DNA of 64,000 nucleotides. It comes from an uncultured SAR324 cluster bacterium. Its GTDB lineage: Bacteria > SAR324 > NAC60-12. Both the position numbers and the translations under genes were made by a program. Of this stretch, positions 17,955 to 28,552 are shown in pieces. Location of the stretch: positions 664,915-728,914 of the forward strand of contig CAJJCY010000002.1 of assembly GCA_905182865.1 (NCBI GenBank), in the 5' to 3' direction. Numbering within the stretch: the first letter of the stretch is position 1; each line of letters begins with the position of its first letter. The notes under the pieces were generated by a model that was not told where the DNA came from, ran no database searches, and worked only from the letters and a program-made list of their open reading frames with translations.

Positions 17955-19118
17955 AGCAGGGTCAACCCATTTCCCATTCTCCTTGATGAGGTCAATTAAT
18001 CGTTCCACAGCTTGTTCAGCGGGTACATTGCGTTCCTTACACGTCTTTCCGTGAAAGAGATTTATTTTGCCAGGAGCAGCGCCAACGTAGCCAAAATCTG
18101 CATCTGCCATTTCACCCGGACCGTTTACTATGCACCCCATGACCGCAATTTTAACTCCCTTGAGGTGTGTAGTGTGTAATTTTATTTGTTCAGTGGTACT
18201 TTCTAAGTCAAAAAACGTACGACCGCATGATGGACAAGAAATAAAATCTGCATTAAAAATTCTGGATCGTGTGGACTGCAAAATAGAACGGGCTACAGGG
18301 ATTTCATTTTCTGACGGTTCTGTAAGTGAAACTCTGATTGTGTCTCCAAAACCGTCGCAAAGCAAGGCGCCGATTCCCACTGCACTTTTTATACGTCCAT
18401 CCAGTTCATTACCTGCTTCAGTAACTCCCAAATGCAGAGGATAATGCATGTTTTCATCATCCATTACTCTTACAAGCTGCCGATATGACTCAATCATTAC
18501 CAGGGGATTAGAGGATTTCATGGACAGTACTGTTTCTTCAAAATTATGCTTCCGGAGAATACGTAAAAATTCCATAGCAGATTCAACCATTCCTTCCGGA
18601 GAATCTCCAAAGCGGTTCATCAGTCGATCTGAGAGTGAACCGTGGTTTGTACCAATTCTCAGAGCACATCCGTATTTTTTAAGGTTTTGTATTAGCGGAA
18701 GCAATTTTTCTTCAACACGTTCCAATTCTTCCTGATACTGCAGATCAGTATATTCACGTACTTCAAATTTTTTCCGGTCGACATAATTACCTGGATTAAT
18801 GCGGACTTTTTCCACAAATTCACATACATTAACTGCTAATTGCGGATTAAAATGAATGTCTGCTACCAGGGGACGTTCGATTCCACGCTTCTTCATTTCA
18901 GTACGGATTACGGGCAGACTGTCAATTGATTTTTGATTTGGGACTGTAAGGCGGATAATCTCACAATCCACTGCATCTAATCTTGCAATTTCTTCTATGC
19001 ATGATTCAACATTTGTGGTTTCAGAGGTCAGCATTGACTGAATCATAACAGGTTCAGAACCTCCAATCTTTATGGAACCGATTGAAACAGTGTTGGTATA
19101 ACGTCTAGTGGGAAGCAA
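17952..19118 (-). CDS. ispG: (E)-4-hydroxy-3-methylbut-2-enyl-diphosphate synthase
   Basis: IQSM, PLVADIHF, RINPGN, RIGTNHGSLS, PLHLGVTEAG, SCPSCGR, AVMGCIVNGPGE. Confidence 0.96.
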   Translation of the reverse strand: MLPTRRYTNTVSIGSIKIGGSEPVMIQSMLTSETTNVESCIEEIARLDAVDCEIIRLTVPNQKSIDSLPVIRTEMKKRGIERPLVADIHFNPQLAVNVCEFVEKVRINPGNYVDRKKFEVREYTDLQYQEELERVEEKLLPLIQNLKKYGCALRIGTNHGSLSDRLMNRFGDSPEGMVESAMEFLRILRKHNFEETVLSMKSSNPLVMIESYRQLVRVMDDENMHYPLHLGVTEAGNELDGRIKSAVGIGALLCDGFGDTIRVSLTEPSENEIPVARSILQSTRSRIFNADFISCPSCGRTFFDLESTTEQIKLHTTHLKGVKIAVMGCIVNGPGEMADADFGYVGAAPGKINLFHGKTCKERNVPAEQAVERLIDLIKENGKWVDPA

Positions 19119-19186
19119 TTTAGCTTATTGTGTTTTGGGTTTAAGTTTTTATTGAGTGTGAAAAAATTTCTGCACTCAACATAGTT

Positions 19187-20506
19187 TCATAGTCTGTCAA
19201 ACACGGAACCATGTCCAGGGAGAAACAGACGTTCATAAAAGCGATTTGCGTATTGATCTGTCATGCCGGCAATATAGTCACAAACTATTCTATTTTGATC
19301 CAGAACACTTTTTGCCTCTTTCCATAAAATTTGAAAAGATGAAGGTAAAAGCATCTCAGCTTCAGATGAGAGTGTTTCAAACAGTGAAAGCACAACCTTA
19401 CGTCCCCGATATGTTGCAGCTTGTACAGTATTTAGTTGGATGACATGACGCGAAACAGTTTCTTTCAGTGATTTTAGGAATTGCAGTGGTTCTTCCTGAA
19501 GAACTGCATTCCATCCCAGGAGGGGTTCTTCAAATTTTTCATTAAGTTTTAATTCTGCAGAAGTAATAAGTGCATGAACCAGTGCTCCAACAGCTTGTTT
19601 GCGGTTGTGCCCGGAGTTTTCACCATGTTTGAAAAGTTTTTTTTCAATTTGCAGAAGATTATTATCCTCTGCCCATTTTGGATCCAAATGTTTTGTGACT
19701 TCCTGCCAGTGGTCGTGAGTCAACAATCGCAAAACAATACCATCTTCAAAATCATGAACCCCATAAGCAATATCATCTGCCAAATTCAACAGTGAGGTGT
19801 CCAGAGCTTTGTGGAACGAAAAACCATGATTTGATTGTGTAGGTAAAGTTTGCTCACGGAAATGTTTTTGGTCTGAATCTGAAAGTGGTTCTAAAATCCA
19901 GTTAAGCACCTCCTGCTCTGTATCCAGATAACACTTTGGAGGTTTCCAAGCTTGTTGTTCATTTTTATTTTTAGAAGTACCGGATACTTTCGGTAGTGTT
20001 TTTTTACAAAGTTTGGAATAGGGTACAGGATATTTTAGAACTCCCAGAAGGTTACGGCGCGTTAAATCTAATCCATACTTGGGTGTGTGTGATTCCAGTT
20101 TTGTGAGAATTCGCAATGTCTGTCCATTGCCTTCAAATCCTCCACAGTCGCACATTGCAAAATTGAGAGCAGTCTCTCCACCGTGTCCAAAAGGTGGATG
20201 TCCCAAATCATGGGCCAATCCTGTCGTTTCTATCTGTTCTAGTCGGGGAAGCAGGTCTTTGAGTTCCGGATATCGCTGTAAAAAATTAAGTACAAGACCC
20301 CGTCCAATTTGAGCCACTTCCATTGAATGTGTCAGACGTGTACGATGGAAATCTCCGTCTAACACTCCGAGTATTTGTGTTTTTGCCTGCAATCTTCGGA
20401 ATGCTGAAGAATGAATTACCCTTGCTCTGTCTCGCTCAAAATCCTCACGATGATCGTTTTTCCGTTGAACACCGTAAGGAGCGCGACGTTCTTTCCATGG
20501 GTCCAT
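19187..20506 (-). CDS. dgt: dGTP triphosphohydrolase (HD family)
   Basis: RDRARVIHSSAFRRLQAKTQ, RTRLTHSMEV, HDLGHPPFGHGGE, ADDIAY..HDFED, DYIAGMTD. Confidence 0.94.
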   Translation of the reverse strand: MDPWKERRAPYGVQRKNDHREDFERDRARVIHSSAFRRLQAKTQILGVLDGDFHRTRLTHSMEVAQIGRGLVLNFLQRYPELKDLLPRLEQIETTGLAHDLGHPPFGHGGETALNFAMCDCGGFEGNGQTLRILTKLESHTPKYGLDLTRRNLLGVLKYPVPYSKLCKKTLPKVSGTSKNKNEQQAWKPPKCYLDTEQEVLNWILEPLSDSDQKHFREQTLPTQSNHGFSFHKALDTSLLNLADDIAYGVHDFEDGIVLRLLTHDHWQEVTKHLDPKWAEDNNLLQIEKKLFKHGENSGHNRKQAVGALVHALITSAELKLNEKFEEPLLGWNAVLQEEPLQFLKSLKETVSRHVIQLNTVQAATYRGRKVVLSLFETLSSEAEMLLPSSFQILWKEAKSVLDQNRIVCDYIAGMTDQYANRFYERLFLPGHGSVFDRL

Positions 20507-20780
20507 TTATACGGTTCTATCCGGATGTGAGAATAATTTATGCTTGAAATATTTTTTTTTGATTATCATGGATTATAAAGGATTTTAATTATATTTTCAC
20601 CGGATAAAAAGAAGAAATAATAACCGGATGCATGCTAATCAATTTTCGGTTAACGATCCAAGAAAGTCTGAAGTCTTCAAATCACTTGATATATCCTTGA
20701 ATTTAATTATTATAAGTTGTTAAATCTTTATATTAAACTAAAATAACTTAGATAAATTTTTTAGTAAAGGAGAACAGCAT

Positions 20781-21002
20781 TTGAGTGAAGATAAACTAGA
20801 AGTTGAGGGGATTGTACTTGAATCCTCCAAAGGTATTTTTCGGGTAAAACTTGAAAATGATCATGTTGTTATTGGCCATTTGTCGGGAAAAATGAAAATG
20901 TATAAGATTCGTGTACTTCCTGGAGATACAGTCACAATAGAACTTTCCCCCTATGATCTGAAACGTGGAAGAATAGTGCGGCGGGAAAAAGTTGAAGGTT
21001 GA
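20781..21002 (+). CDS. infA: Translation initiation factor IF-1
   Basis: FRVKLEN...SGKM....IRVLPGD.V..ELSPYDL.RGRI; TTG start with AGGAG RBS. Confidence 0.96.
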   Translation: MSEDKLEVEGIVLESSKGIFRVKLENDHVVIGHLSGKMKMYKIRVLPGDTVTIELSPYDLKRGRIVRREKVEG

Positions 21003-21102
21003 AAGAAATTTTATCTTTAAAGTTTCATTAATAATGATCGAAAGCAGGTTTGTTGAGTACTGTGGATAACTGGGTTACCCAAGATTTAACGATTGATCTT
21101 GG

Positions 21103-22857
21103 ATGAATATATTTGAACAAACGATCTGTGATTGGACTGCAAAGGTTCTAAACAACATTGATGATTCAAGAACTTGGGATACATCATCATTCAACGAATT
21201 AGTTGAGAAACCACCCAATCCTGATATGGGAGATTATGCACTCCCTTGCTTTAGCTTTGCTAAAAGTTTGCGACGCCCCCCCTTTCAAATTGCTGTGGAA
21301 CTGGCAGAGAAGCTTCAATCGTATATCTCACCGGAAACCCCTTTAATTTCAATCCAGGCAAAAGACTCTTATCTGAATTATACTGTTTCTACTGCTGTAA
21401 TGGCTGAAGTAGTCTTACCGGATATTTTCTGTGGAAAATATTTTACAGAGCCCTCCAACATTTCCCGTGAACGGGTGATGATTGAATTTTCTCAACCAAA
21501 TACACACAAAGGTTTTCATGTTGGACATATGCGTAATGTGGCGCTTGGAGATAGTTTGTGCCGTATCTTTTGTTACAACGGCTATGATGTAGTCGGAGCA
21601 AACTACATTGGTGACGTTGGAGCACATATAGCAAAATGTTTGTGGTTTTATAGTAATTATAACACTGAAACTCCTCCAGAAAAATTTCGTGGAGAGTGGT
21701 TAGGTGAACTTTACACGCAAGCTGTAAAAAAACTGGATGAAGCAGAAGGTCAAGAGAAAATTAAGTTTCAGAAAGAAATCAGTCAAATTCAGCAAAAACT
21801 GGAAGCAAAAGACGAGCAATTCATTCAAGAATGGGAAAAAACGCGTGAATGGTCTTTGTTGGATTTTCAAGAAATATATGAGTGGCTGGATGTAAGTTTT
21901 GACCATATTTTCTATGAGTCCGAGGTTGATGAAGAAGGCAGGCAAATTGTAATTGAAGGAGAAAAAAAGGGGGTATTTCAGTATTCAGAAGGTGCAATTG
22001 GGATTGATCTTGAGGAGGAAGAACTTGGTTTTTTTATGCTCCTGAAATCAGATGGGAACACCCTCTATTCCACAAAAGACCTTGCACTTGCACAACACAA
22101 ATTTAACCAGTTTGGAGTGAAGCGCTCAATTTATGTGGTTGGGGCTGAACAGACGTTGCATTTTAAACAAGTTTTTGCCACCCTCAAAAGAATGGGCTAT
22201 GAGCAAGTCGACAACTGTTTCCATTTGCCGTATGCACTTGTGATGCTTCCAGAAGGTAAAATGAGTTCTCGTGCAGGAAATGTGATTTTGTTTACGCAGT
22301 TGCGCAAAGAAATCATTGAAAGTATCCAATCCAATCATCTGGGAGAACATCAGCAGGAATGGAGTAAGAAAGAACTTGAGGAAACGGCTCAAAAAATTGC
22401 AGTGGCGGCCATTAAATACGGTATGCTAAATCAAGACTCAAATAAGCAGATTGTGTTTTCAATAGACGACTGGCTGGTTTCTGAAGGAGATACCGGCACC
22501 TATCTGGTTTATGCCTACGTGCGAATAAGGAGTATTTGTCGGCAAATTTCGCGTGAAGTGGTCGCAGATGTGGACTTTTCACTATTAGCACATCCCAATG
22601 AAAAAAAGCTTTTACGACAGATGCTGGATTTCAATCGCACTGTATTTAAATCCGGTGAGCAATACCGTCCTTCCTTACTTGCCCGGATGCTTTATGAGTT
22701 TTCCAAAGATTTCAGCCGTGCCTACAACACATGTTCAGTAAAGCATGCTGAAACTGAAATGCTGCAAGCTGCCAGATTACTATTATTTCACTGTGTTGCT
22801 GAAACTCTCCTGCAGGGTCTTCACCTAATTGGAATCTCACCACCAGAACGGATGTGA
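21103..22857 (+). CDS. argS: Arginine--tRNA ligase
   Basis: EFSQPNTHKGFHVGHMRN (HIGH), KMSSRAG, EGDTGTYLVYAYVRI, C-terminal PERM. Confidence 0.96.
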   Translation: MNIFEQTICDWTAKVLNNIDDSRTWDTSSFNELVEKPPNPDMGDYALPCFSFAKSLRRPPFQIAVELAEKLQSYISPETPLISIQAKDSYLNYTVSTAVMAEVVLPDIFCGKYFTEPSNISRERVMIEFSQPNTHKGFHVGHMRNVALGDSLCRIFCYNGYDVVGANYIGDVGAHIAKCLWFYSNYNTETPPEKFRGEWLGELYTQAVKKLDEAEGQEKIKFQKEISQIQQKLEAKDEQFIQEWEKTREWSLLDFQEIYEWLDVSFDHIFYESEVDEEGRQIVIEGEKKGVFQYSEGAIGIDLEEEELGFFMLLKSDGNTLYSTKDLALAQHKFNQFGVKRSIYVVGAEQTLHFKQVFATLKRMGYEQVDNCFHLPYALVMLPEGKMSSRAGNVILFTQLRKEIIESIQSNHLGEHQQEWSKKELEETAQKIAVAAIKYGMLNQDSNKQIVFSIDDWLVSEGDTGTYLVYAYVRIRSICRQISREVVADVDFSLLAHPNEKKLLRQMLDFNRTVFKSGEQYRPSLLARMLYEFSKDFSRAYNTCSVKHAETEMLQAARLLLFHCVAETLLQGLHLIGISPPERM

Positions 22858-22970
22858 CAAGATTGGAAAATATTTTTGGATTAAAGACTTTAGAATTCCA
22901 TGACCATTCAAGAAAACTATTTTTTGTGTCTTTTATGGTACTGGAACAAAATTTTACAATAAGATCATTT

Positions 22971-23378
22971 ATGTTTAAATGGTTGTTTATTTTACTAATT
23001 TCAATCATCCTCTCTACAGAATTATTTGCAGACTATTTTAAATGGGAAATTCTGGTTTCCGAAAATGGTTACGGAACTGAGAGCCACACTATCCCTGTTG
23101 ATTCAGAAGGAAAAATCAAATCTGCAGCAAATTTGGCTGAATGCAGGATGGTAAATTTTTGGACACGAATAGAATCTGAGTTGCTGCTGGAAGGAAAAAC
23201 TTTAGTCTGTGTTTTTGAAGATAAAAGGCAATCCGTCAGCGTTGTTTGCAGAGATAATAACCTTAACCGCAAATACAACAGGGTCAAAGAAATTTATCCA
23301 GTTGCAAAAGATGGATTTCGGATCAATCCGGAATTAGGCGCAGGGTCACCCTATTTTGAACTCAGCTGCTATTTTTGA
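22971..23378 (+). CDS. Hypothetical secreted protein
   Basis: MFKWLFILLISIILSTELFA signal peptide; four Cys. Confidence 0.6.
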   Translation: MFKWLFILLISIILSTELFADYFKWEILVSENGYGTESHTIPVDSEGKIKSAANLAECRMVNFWTRIESELLLEGKTLVCVFEDKRQSVSVVCRDNNLNRKYNRVKEIYPVAKDGFRINPELGAGSPYFELSCYF

Positions 23379-23388
23379 AGATCTGCAA

Positions 23389-24084
23389 TTAGAGCAAAGC
23401 ATTCAAAATGGACTGCACAGTTTCGAATGAATTCTTTGCGGCTTTTTTCAATGATGTAGAGGAAAGATTGTGTCCATTTGCTCCAGCTAAATCACTGAGA
23501 CAACGTACCACGATTGCAGGTATTCCAAATTGTTCTGCAACCTGAGCAATTGCTCCTCCTTCCATTTCAACTGCCTGTGCACCAAATTTTTCATACAACT
23601 CTTTCCTGGTTTCTTGACACTGAAGAAAAACATCTCCAGTCAGGATAGTACCCATCCGGACATCTGGAAGTGCGGTATTGATTATTTCTTTTATCTGTGG
23701 ATCTATAACAAATTCTGCTTTATTTTTTTGTAGCCCCATCGGTATTTCCCCAGCACGGTAAACTTGGATATTTCCGTCTTTCAGTGCACCGTAATCATAC
23801 TGAATCAAAAACTCACCAATCAAAACTTCTCCAATTTTCATATCCGGATCAATCCCTCCCGCGATTCCGGAAAAAATAAGAGTTTCACACTTAAATTGCT
23901 GAATTAGAATCGTGGAAACCATCGCTGAATTGACTTTACCTATCCCACATTCAACTATAATCAACTCATGGAAAGGATGTTTGCTTTTGAAAAAAGTTCT
24001 ACCACCAACCCGCTGTCCAGAATTTGGAAGCAATTCAAAAAAATGTATTTCTTTGGGGATGGCACAAAGGATTCCAATTTTCAT
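23389..24084 (-). CDS. mtnN: 5'-methylthioadenosine/S-adenosylhomocysteine nucleosidase
   Basis: CGIGKVNSA, FSGIAGG, GTILTGDVF, AVEMEGGAIAQV, RCLSDLA. Confidence 0.93.
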   Translation of the reverse strand: MKIGILCAIPKEIHFFELLPNSGQRVGGRTFFKSKHPFHELIIVECGIGKVNSAMVSTILIQQFKCETLIFSGIAGGIDPDMKIGEVLIGEFLIQYDYGALKDGNIQVYRAGEIPMGLQKNKAEFVIDPQIKEIINTALPDVRMGTILTGDVFLQCQETRKELYEKFGAQAVEMEGGAIAQVAEQFGIPAIVVRCLSDLAGANGHNLSSTSLKKAAKNSFETVQSILNALL

Positions 24085-24105
24085 CAAAGACGCAAATATA
24101 ATTTA

Positions 24106-24300
24106 CTAAAAATATTTTTTACAAATGGCCGGGAATTCTCTTTTTTTGCACCACTCGTAAAACTTTCCGCTTCCTAGTGCACAGGACGTGGTACCAAAGA
24201 ATAATAAAAGGATTATGATCCACAAACCTTCACTATGTCTGACTTTTAAAATTAGAGCATTGAAAAATTTGCAACATTTTAATTTTAGAACCATTTTCAC
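24106..24300 (-). CDS. Small hypothetical protein, possible lipoprotein
   Basis: Fills the gap between murG and mtnN with overlapping start/stop; hydrophobic stretch then TSC. Confidence 0.4.
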   Translation of the reverse strand: MKMVLKLKCCKFFNALILKVRHSEGLWIIILLLFFGTTSCALGSGKFYEWCKKREFPAICKKYF

Positions 24301-25394
24301 CTTTCATCAGTTATCTCAAAAACCAACTGTGCAAAATCATTTGTACCACCATCCTGCAGAATTTCATGAAGCCTTTTTCCCATTTCTCCCGGAACACGTT
24401 TTTCCAAAAAACTATTCCACCACTCTAGGCCAGTGGAAGCTAAATCTACCTGGGAAACTATTTCTGCAGCCTTGTATTTTTTGATAATCAAAGCATTATC
24501 TTCCTGATGTGTTCCTGGAAGTGGAATGAGAACAGTATCTTTTTGTAAAACAGCAAGCTCACCGAGAATTCCCATTCCTGCGCGTGTCAACACTATTTCA
24601 CTCCTGGAAAGCAAGTCCCCCATGCCCTCATGGATAGTTTCTATCGGGTGGTAATCCGGATGAGAAAAAGTGGAAGATTCTTGTTCCAAAGAATTATTCC
24701 ATTTTGTTCCAGTGAGGTGTACAACTTGAAAATCAACAAGCCAATGTTTTATCAAGGGAAAGATGGCTTCATTCAAACCAACTGCTCCCTGACCACCTCC
24801 TGTGATAAGTATAAGCGGGCGTTCCGGATGTAGTCCAAAACGTTCATTTGCACTTTTTACACTGGCAGAGTATATTTCCTGACGTACAACCGGGCCTATT
24901 TTTCGTTTCAAAGATATGGAAGGAAACTGATTGGCAGTAATATCAAAATAGAATACAAGCGCACTGCTAACTGGAGCCATCAAGCGGTTAGCCAGTCCGG
25001 AGCGCAAATCCATTTGCATAATCACGTGAGGGATCCTTAAAAGCCAGGCGGCATAAGCTACAGGTACACTAACAAAACTTCCTGCAGAAACAATAACCTG
25101 TGGGCGGAAACGGAGCAAATAAATCAAACCTGTTATTCCACCTCCGAGGATATACAAAGGATCGATAAAATTTCTCCAGTTCCAATAACGCCTGAATTTG
25201 CCAGAAGGAATTATGGAAAACGGTATCTCAGCTTGCTCTACCATTTTTCTTTCCGGACCTAATTTACTGCCTAAGAAAAGAAATTCGGAGTTCTTTTTTA
25301 GTTTTCGAATTTCCTGTGCCAAAGCCAGCAGTGGTATGGTAGGACCACCAGAACCTCCCCCTGTGAATAAAACTCGAACAGTTTTATCACTCAT
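24297..25394 (-). CDS. murG: MurG N-acetylglucosaminyl transferase
   Basis: FTGGGSGGP, GKFRRY, SAGSFVSVP, GLANR, TGGGQGA, TRAG, LIP....HQEDNA. Confidence 0.88.
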   Translation of the reverse strand: MSDKTVRVLFTGGGSGGPTIPLLALAQEIRKLKKNSEFLFLGSKLGPERKMVEQAEIPFSIIPSGKFRRYWNWRNFIDPLYILGGGITGLIYLLRFRPQVIVSAGSFVSVPVAYAAWLLRIPHVIMQMDLRSGLANRLMAPVSSALVFYFDITANQFPSISLKRKIGPVVRQEIYSASVKSANERFGLHPERPLILITGGGQGAVGLNEAIFPLIKHWLVDFQVVHLTGTKWNNSLEQESSTFSHPDYHPIETIHEGMGDLLSRSEIVLTRAGMGILGELAVLQKDTVLIPLPGTHQEDNALIIKKYKAAEIVSQVDLASTGLEWWNSFLEKRVPGEMGKRLHEILQDGGTNDFAQLVFEITDER

Positions 25395-25414
25395 AGCTTG
25401 CGTCTCTTTTACTG

Positions 25415-26254
25415 TTAGTTGACACTTCCTTCCACAACGATTGTTTGAGCCTTCTTCAATTCTGCATGAAGAAGGCTGCTCAAACCTACTGCGTCATTGG
25501 AGAAGATCCATTCCACTCCACGGTTAATTTCTCTAAAAAGATTATTTTTAGACCTGGGATAACCAACTCCAACATTTTGTCCGCAGTCCAAATGTCGGTT
25601 TACTAATTTTCTGTGAAGTAACAGATAATGCCCACCCAGACCGGCATAGTTTTCATTTAACGAGATATCACTTAATATTTTTTCATTAAAAACCGCAACC
25701 AAAATTTTTGCTGAGTTTTCGGTAAAAGTCACTAATTTCAACATTTCTGGAATCAGGCAGAGCAAATGAAAATCTTTTTGAGGTTTTAACTGAGAAAATA
25801 GTTCTTTCAGTATCCTGTTCTGTTTTTCCGGTTGAGGATAAAATTCTTCTTTGGCCTCCACCATTAAATGCAATTTACCCCCGTAGCGCTGAAGTACTTC
25901 TTCCAGTGTTGGAATATGAGGGCAGATTCGATTTAGATCTTCCAGTTTTGTTTCTGAAATCCTTGTATTAGAACCATACAATCTCATTAAATCCGGATCA
26001 TGGGAAACAACTGGATACAAGTCTTTTGTCCAGCGAAAATCAAATTCAATACCCCAAATCCCATCCGTTTCTAGCGCATGATCAAATGCAGTCAAAGTGT
26101 TTTCAAAAATTTCTTGGTTGTCATGCTGCCCGCGGTGGGAAATAATTTTACATTCCACTAATTTTTCCAGAGTAGGAGTCTGTTGGGGTATTAAAGCAAA
26201 GACCAAGTCACAAACCTGCATCAAGCGGGTTTCCATCCAGATTGGAAGTTCCAT
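25415..26254 (-). CDS. Glycerophosphodiester phosphodiesterase family protein
   Basis: IISHRG, ENTLTAF, GIEFDFRWTKD..PVVSHD, IPTLEEVL. Confidence 0.9.
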   Translation of the reverse strand: MELPIWMETRLMQVCDLVFALIPQQTPTLEKLVECKIISHRGQHDNQEIFENTLTAFDHALETDGIWGIEFDFRWTKDLYPVVSHDPDLMRLYGSNTRISETKLEDLNRICPHIPTLEEVLQRYGGKLHLMVEAKEEFYPQPEKQNRILKELFSQLKPQKDFHLLCLIPEMLKLVTFTENSAKILVAVFNEKILSDISLNENYAGLGGHYLLLHRKLVNRHLDCGQNVGVGYPRSKNNLFREINRGVEWIFSNDAVGLSSLLHAELKKAQTIVVEGSVN

Positions 26255-26316
26255 AATAAATTAGAGTGCTATTCTTTTATTTTTTTGTAACACATACATC
26301 TAAGATTTCTATACCA

Positions 26317-28530
26317 CTAAATACTATCGGGAAATTCTTCCCAGATTTTCTTTACAAATTTTAATGGTCTCAATTTCACAACTATTTTATGAAAAACTGG
26401 CCAGGAAATCGATTCAAGTTTTATACGAATATCTGCCTCTTTATTTTTCTTAGCGGAGGTTTCGGAATTAATTATTGCTACACCTGCATCCTTTATTATT
26501 TTCGTTATTTTAAAAAGAATCCCTTTTCCATCAATCACTTGGAAATGAATAATGTGAGAACGAGTTATTTTTTTTGAGATTTTCCAAGCCACATCAATTG
26601 GAATTTTGTTTTGCTGCAGACGTTTATTTTTACGAGTTAATTTGGAGCAGTTTGTGACGTGTATTTCAATTTCCTGGTCATTACAGATAAAACCTCTGAT
26701 TTTGTCTCCAGGAATTGGAAAACAGCAACTCGCCAATCGAATTAAAGGGTTTTTAACATCTTCGATCAAAAAAATATTTTTGTTGCCACCAAATATATTT
26801 TCCCAAAATTCTGTACCTAACATCTCTTTTAAACGTCCAGTCTGTTGATACTCAAGCAAATTATATTTTCTTAGAAACATTTTCAGGGGACGTTTTTGTA
26901 GACCTATTTCCTGAAAAAATTTGTTTGCCGATAATTTTTCTATTTTAAGTGCCTCTTTTATACCCTTAGATTTAATCCAATTATCGGCACCTTTCTCTAC
27001 GCCAAATTTTCGCAATTCCCTCTCTAATAATGTTCGTCCATAATTTCTGGCACTGATTACTTTTTGTTGTTCTAAAGCATGTTTAATTTGGGAACGACTC
27101 TTTGAAGTATTAACTTGTTCAAGCCATTCCTCTCTTGGTTGAACTCCAGGGTCTGTGAGAATTAGCAAGGTTTCTCCTGCAAATAACTGACGTTCACGAG
27201 GGACCCTTTTTTTTGTTGTTCCTACTGAAGAAGGATTAACCAGAGCTCCAATACAATGGTTCCCAAGTTCTGAATGAATTCCATAAGCAAAATCAAGCAC
27301 TGTAGCATTATTTGGAAAAACAAACATATCCCCTTTGGGACTATAGACCTGAATCTGATCAGACTGTACATAACTCATAACTTCCAGCATTCGAACATCT
27401 TTATCACCAGCCATTTGATCAAGTTGATTGAGGTATATCTTGTAATAGTCAGCTAGTTCATTTGGACTTCCTTGCCAATGAGCCATGATTCCATGCTGAT
27501 TCTTTTTCAACATTTCTTCAGAAACAATCTCAATACATGTTTGCTCTCCCTCAATCCTTAATTCTGTCTGGATTCCTTCATAACCATTCCAGAGAGGGTT
27601 ACTGATGTAATCTCTAATTTTCAAAGGAATTACATTAAAACTGGTATGGATCATTCCAAGTGCTTTAAAACAGTCCAAGCTGTTATTAACAATGATCCTG
27701 AATCCTTCCAAAACATGGTCAATAGGACCTTTTTCCTGAATTCTGTGAGAAGGATGAACAAATAGAGGATTGATCGTTTTATATTCTAAATTATGTTTTT
27801 CAAGAGTTTCCTGCAAAGAAATCCTCATTCCATTTATAGTTGGAATTCGTGCTTTTTTCAGTTCATCAATATCTGTGAGTGTTTTATTATATCTCTTTGG
27901 ATACAACAACTTGAAACAGAGCTCGGTGTGTTCCTGGCAAATCTGAGTTAGTCCCAGTCGTTCGGCTATAGGTACATATACATTTAGAGTCTCAAGGCTG
28001 ATTCTACGCTGTTTGTGGCGGGGCATGGATTCCATGTCTCTCATGTTATCGAGTCTGTCAAACAGCTTGATCAGCAAAGCACGAACATCCTGTGTCATGG
28101 CTTTCAACATACGCTGATAAGTTGCTTCCAAATAATCTACTTCTCCTTCTTTTGGACTTTCCAGAAATTTTATTTTAGTTAATCCTCTGACAATATCTGC
28201 ATACCAGGCACCATATCGATTTTTGATGTCTTTGTGTGTAATTGTAGTATCTTCAATGATATCGTGAAGAATGGCTGCTACAACTGTTGGGGCATCCAGT
28301 CCTGCTAGACAGATATAGTTTGCCACACGAAGGGGGTGAATAATGACCGGTTGTCCGGATTTCCGTTTTTGATGTTCGTGGTGTTTCTGGATATCAGCAA
28401 TGGCTTGTTCAAGCATTTCTGAATCTTTAACTGTACCGTATTCCAGAACATAGTTCCGAATTTGCTTGACTAACTTTGCAATCAAGGCTTTATCACTGGC
28501 AGAACTAGCTGTCTTTTTGGTGACAGGCAT
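26317..28530 (-). CDS. spoT: Long RelA/SpoT homolog (HD-SYNTH-TGS-ZFD-ACT), synthetase motifs degenerate
   Basis: HEHQKRKSGQP.IIHP, AILHDIIEDT, IKLFDRLDN; TGS ATVLDFAYGIHSELG; CCFPIPGD; C-terminal ACT domain. Confidence 0.88.
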   Translation of the reverse strand: MPVTKKTASSASDKALIAKLVKQIRNYVLEYGTVKDSEMLEQAIADIQKHHEHQKRKSGQPVIIHPLRVANYICLAGLDAPTVVAAILHDIIEDTTITHKDIKNRYGAWYADIVRGLTKIKFLESPKEGEVDYLEATYQRMLKAMTQDVRALLIKLFDRLDNMRDMESMPRHKQRRISLETLNVYVPIAERLGLTQICQEHTELCFKLLYPKRYNKTLTDIDELKKARIPTINGMRISLQETLEKHNLEYKTINPLFVHPSHRIQEKGPIDHVLEGFRIIVNNSLDCFKALGMIHTSFNVIPLKIRDYISNPLWNGYEGIQTELRIEGEQTCIEIVSEEMLKKNQHGIMAHWQGSPNELADYYKIYLNQLDQMAGDKDVRMLEVMSYVQSDQIQVYSPKGDMFVFPNNATVLDFAYGIHSELGNHCIGALVNPSSVGTTKKRVPRERQLFAGETLLILTDPGVQPREEWLEQVNTSKSRSQIKHALEQQKVISARNYGRTLLERELRKFGVEKGADNWIKSKGIKEALKIEKLSANKFFQEIGLQKRPLKMFLRKYNLLEYQQTGRLKEMLGTEFWENIFGGNKNIFLIEDVKNPLIRLASCCFPIPGDKIRGFICNDQEIEIHVTNCSKLTRKNKRLQQNKIPIDVAWKISKKITRSHIIHFQVIDGKGILFKITKIIKDAGVAIINSETSAKKNKEADIRIKLESISWPVFHKIVVKLRPLKFVKKIWEEFPDSI

Positions 28531-28552
28531 TATTGCTGTTTTGAGCATATTG

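Noticed and set aside
19187-20506. dGTPase as an anti-phage defence system
   Set aside because: It lies among housekeeping genes (ispG, infA) with no defence-island context.
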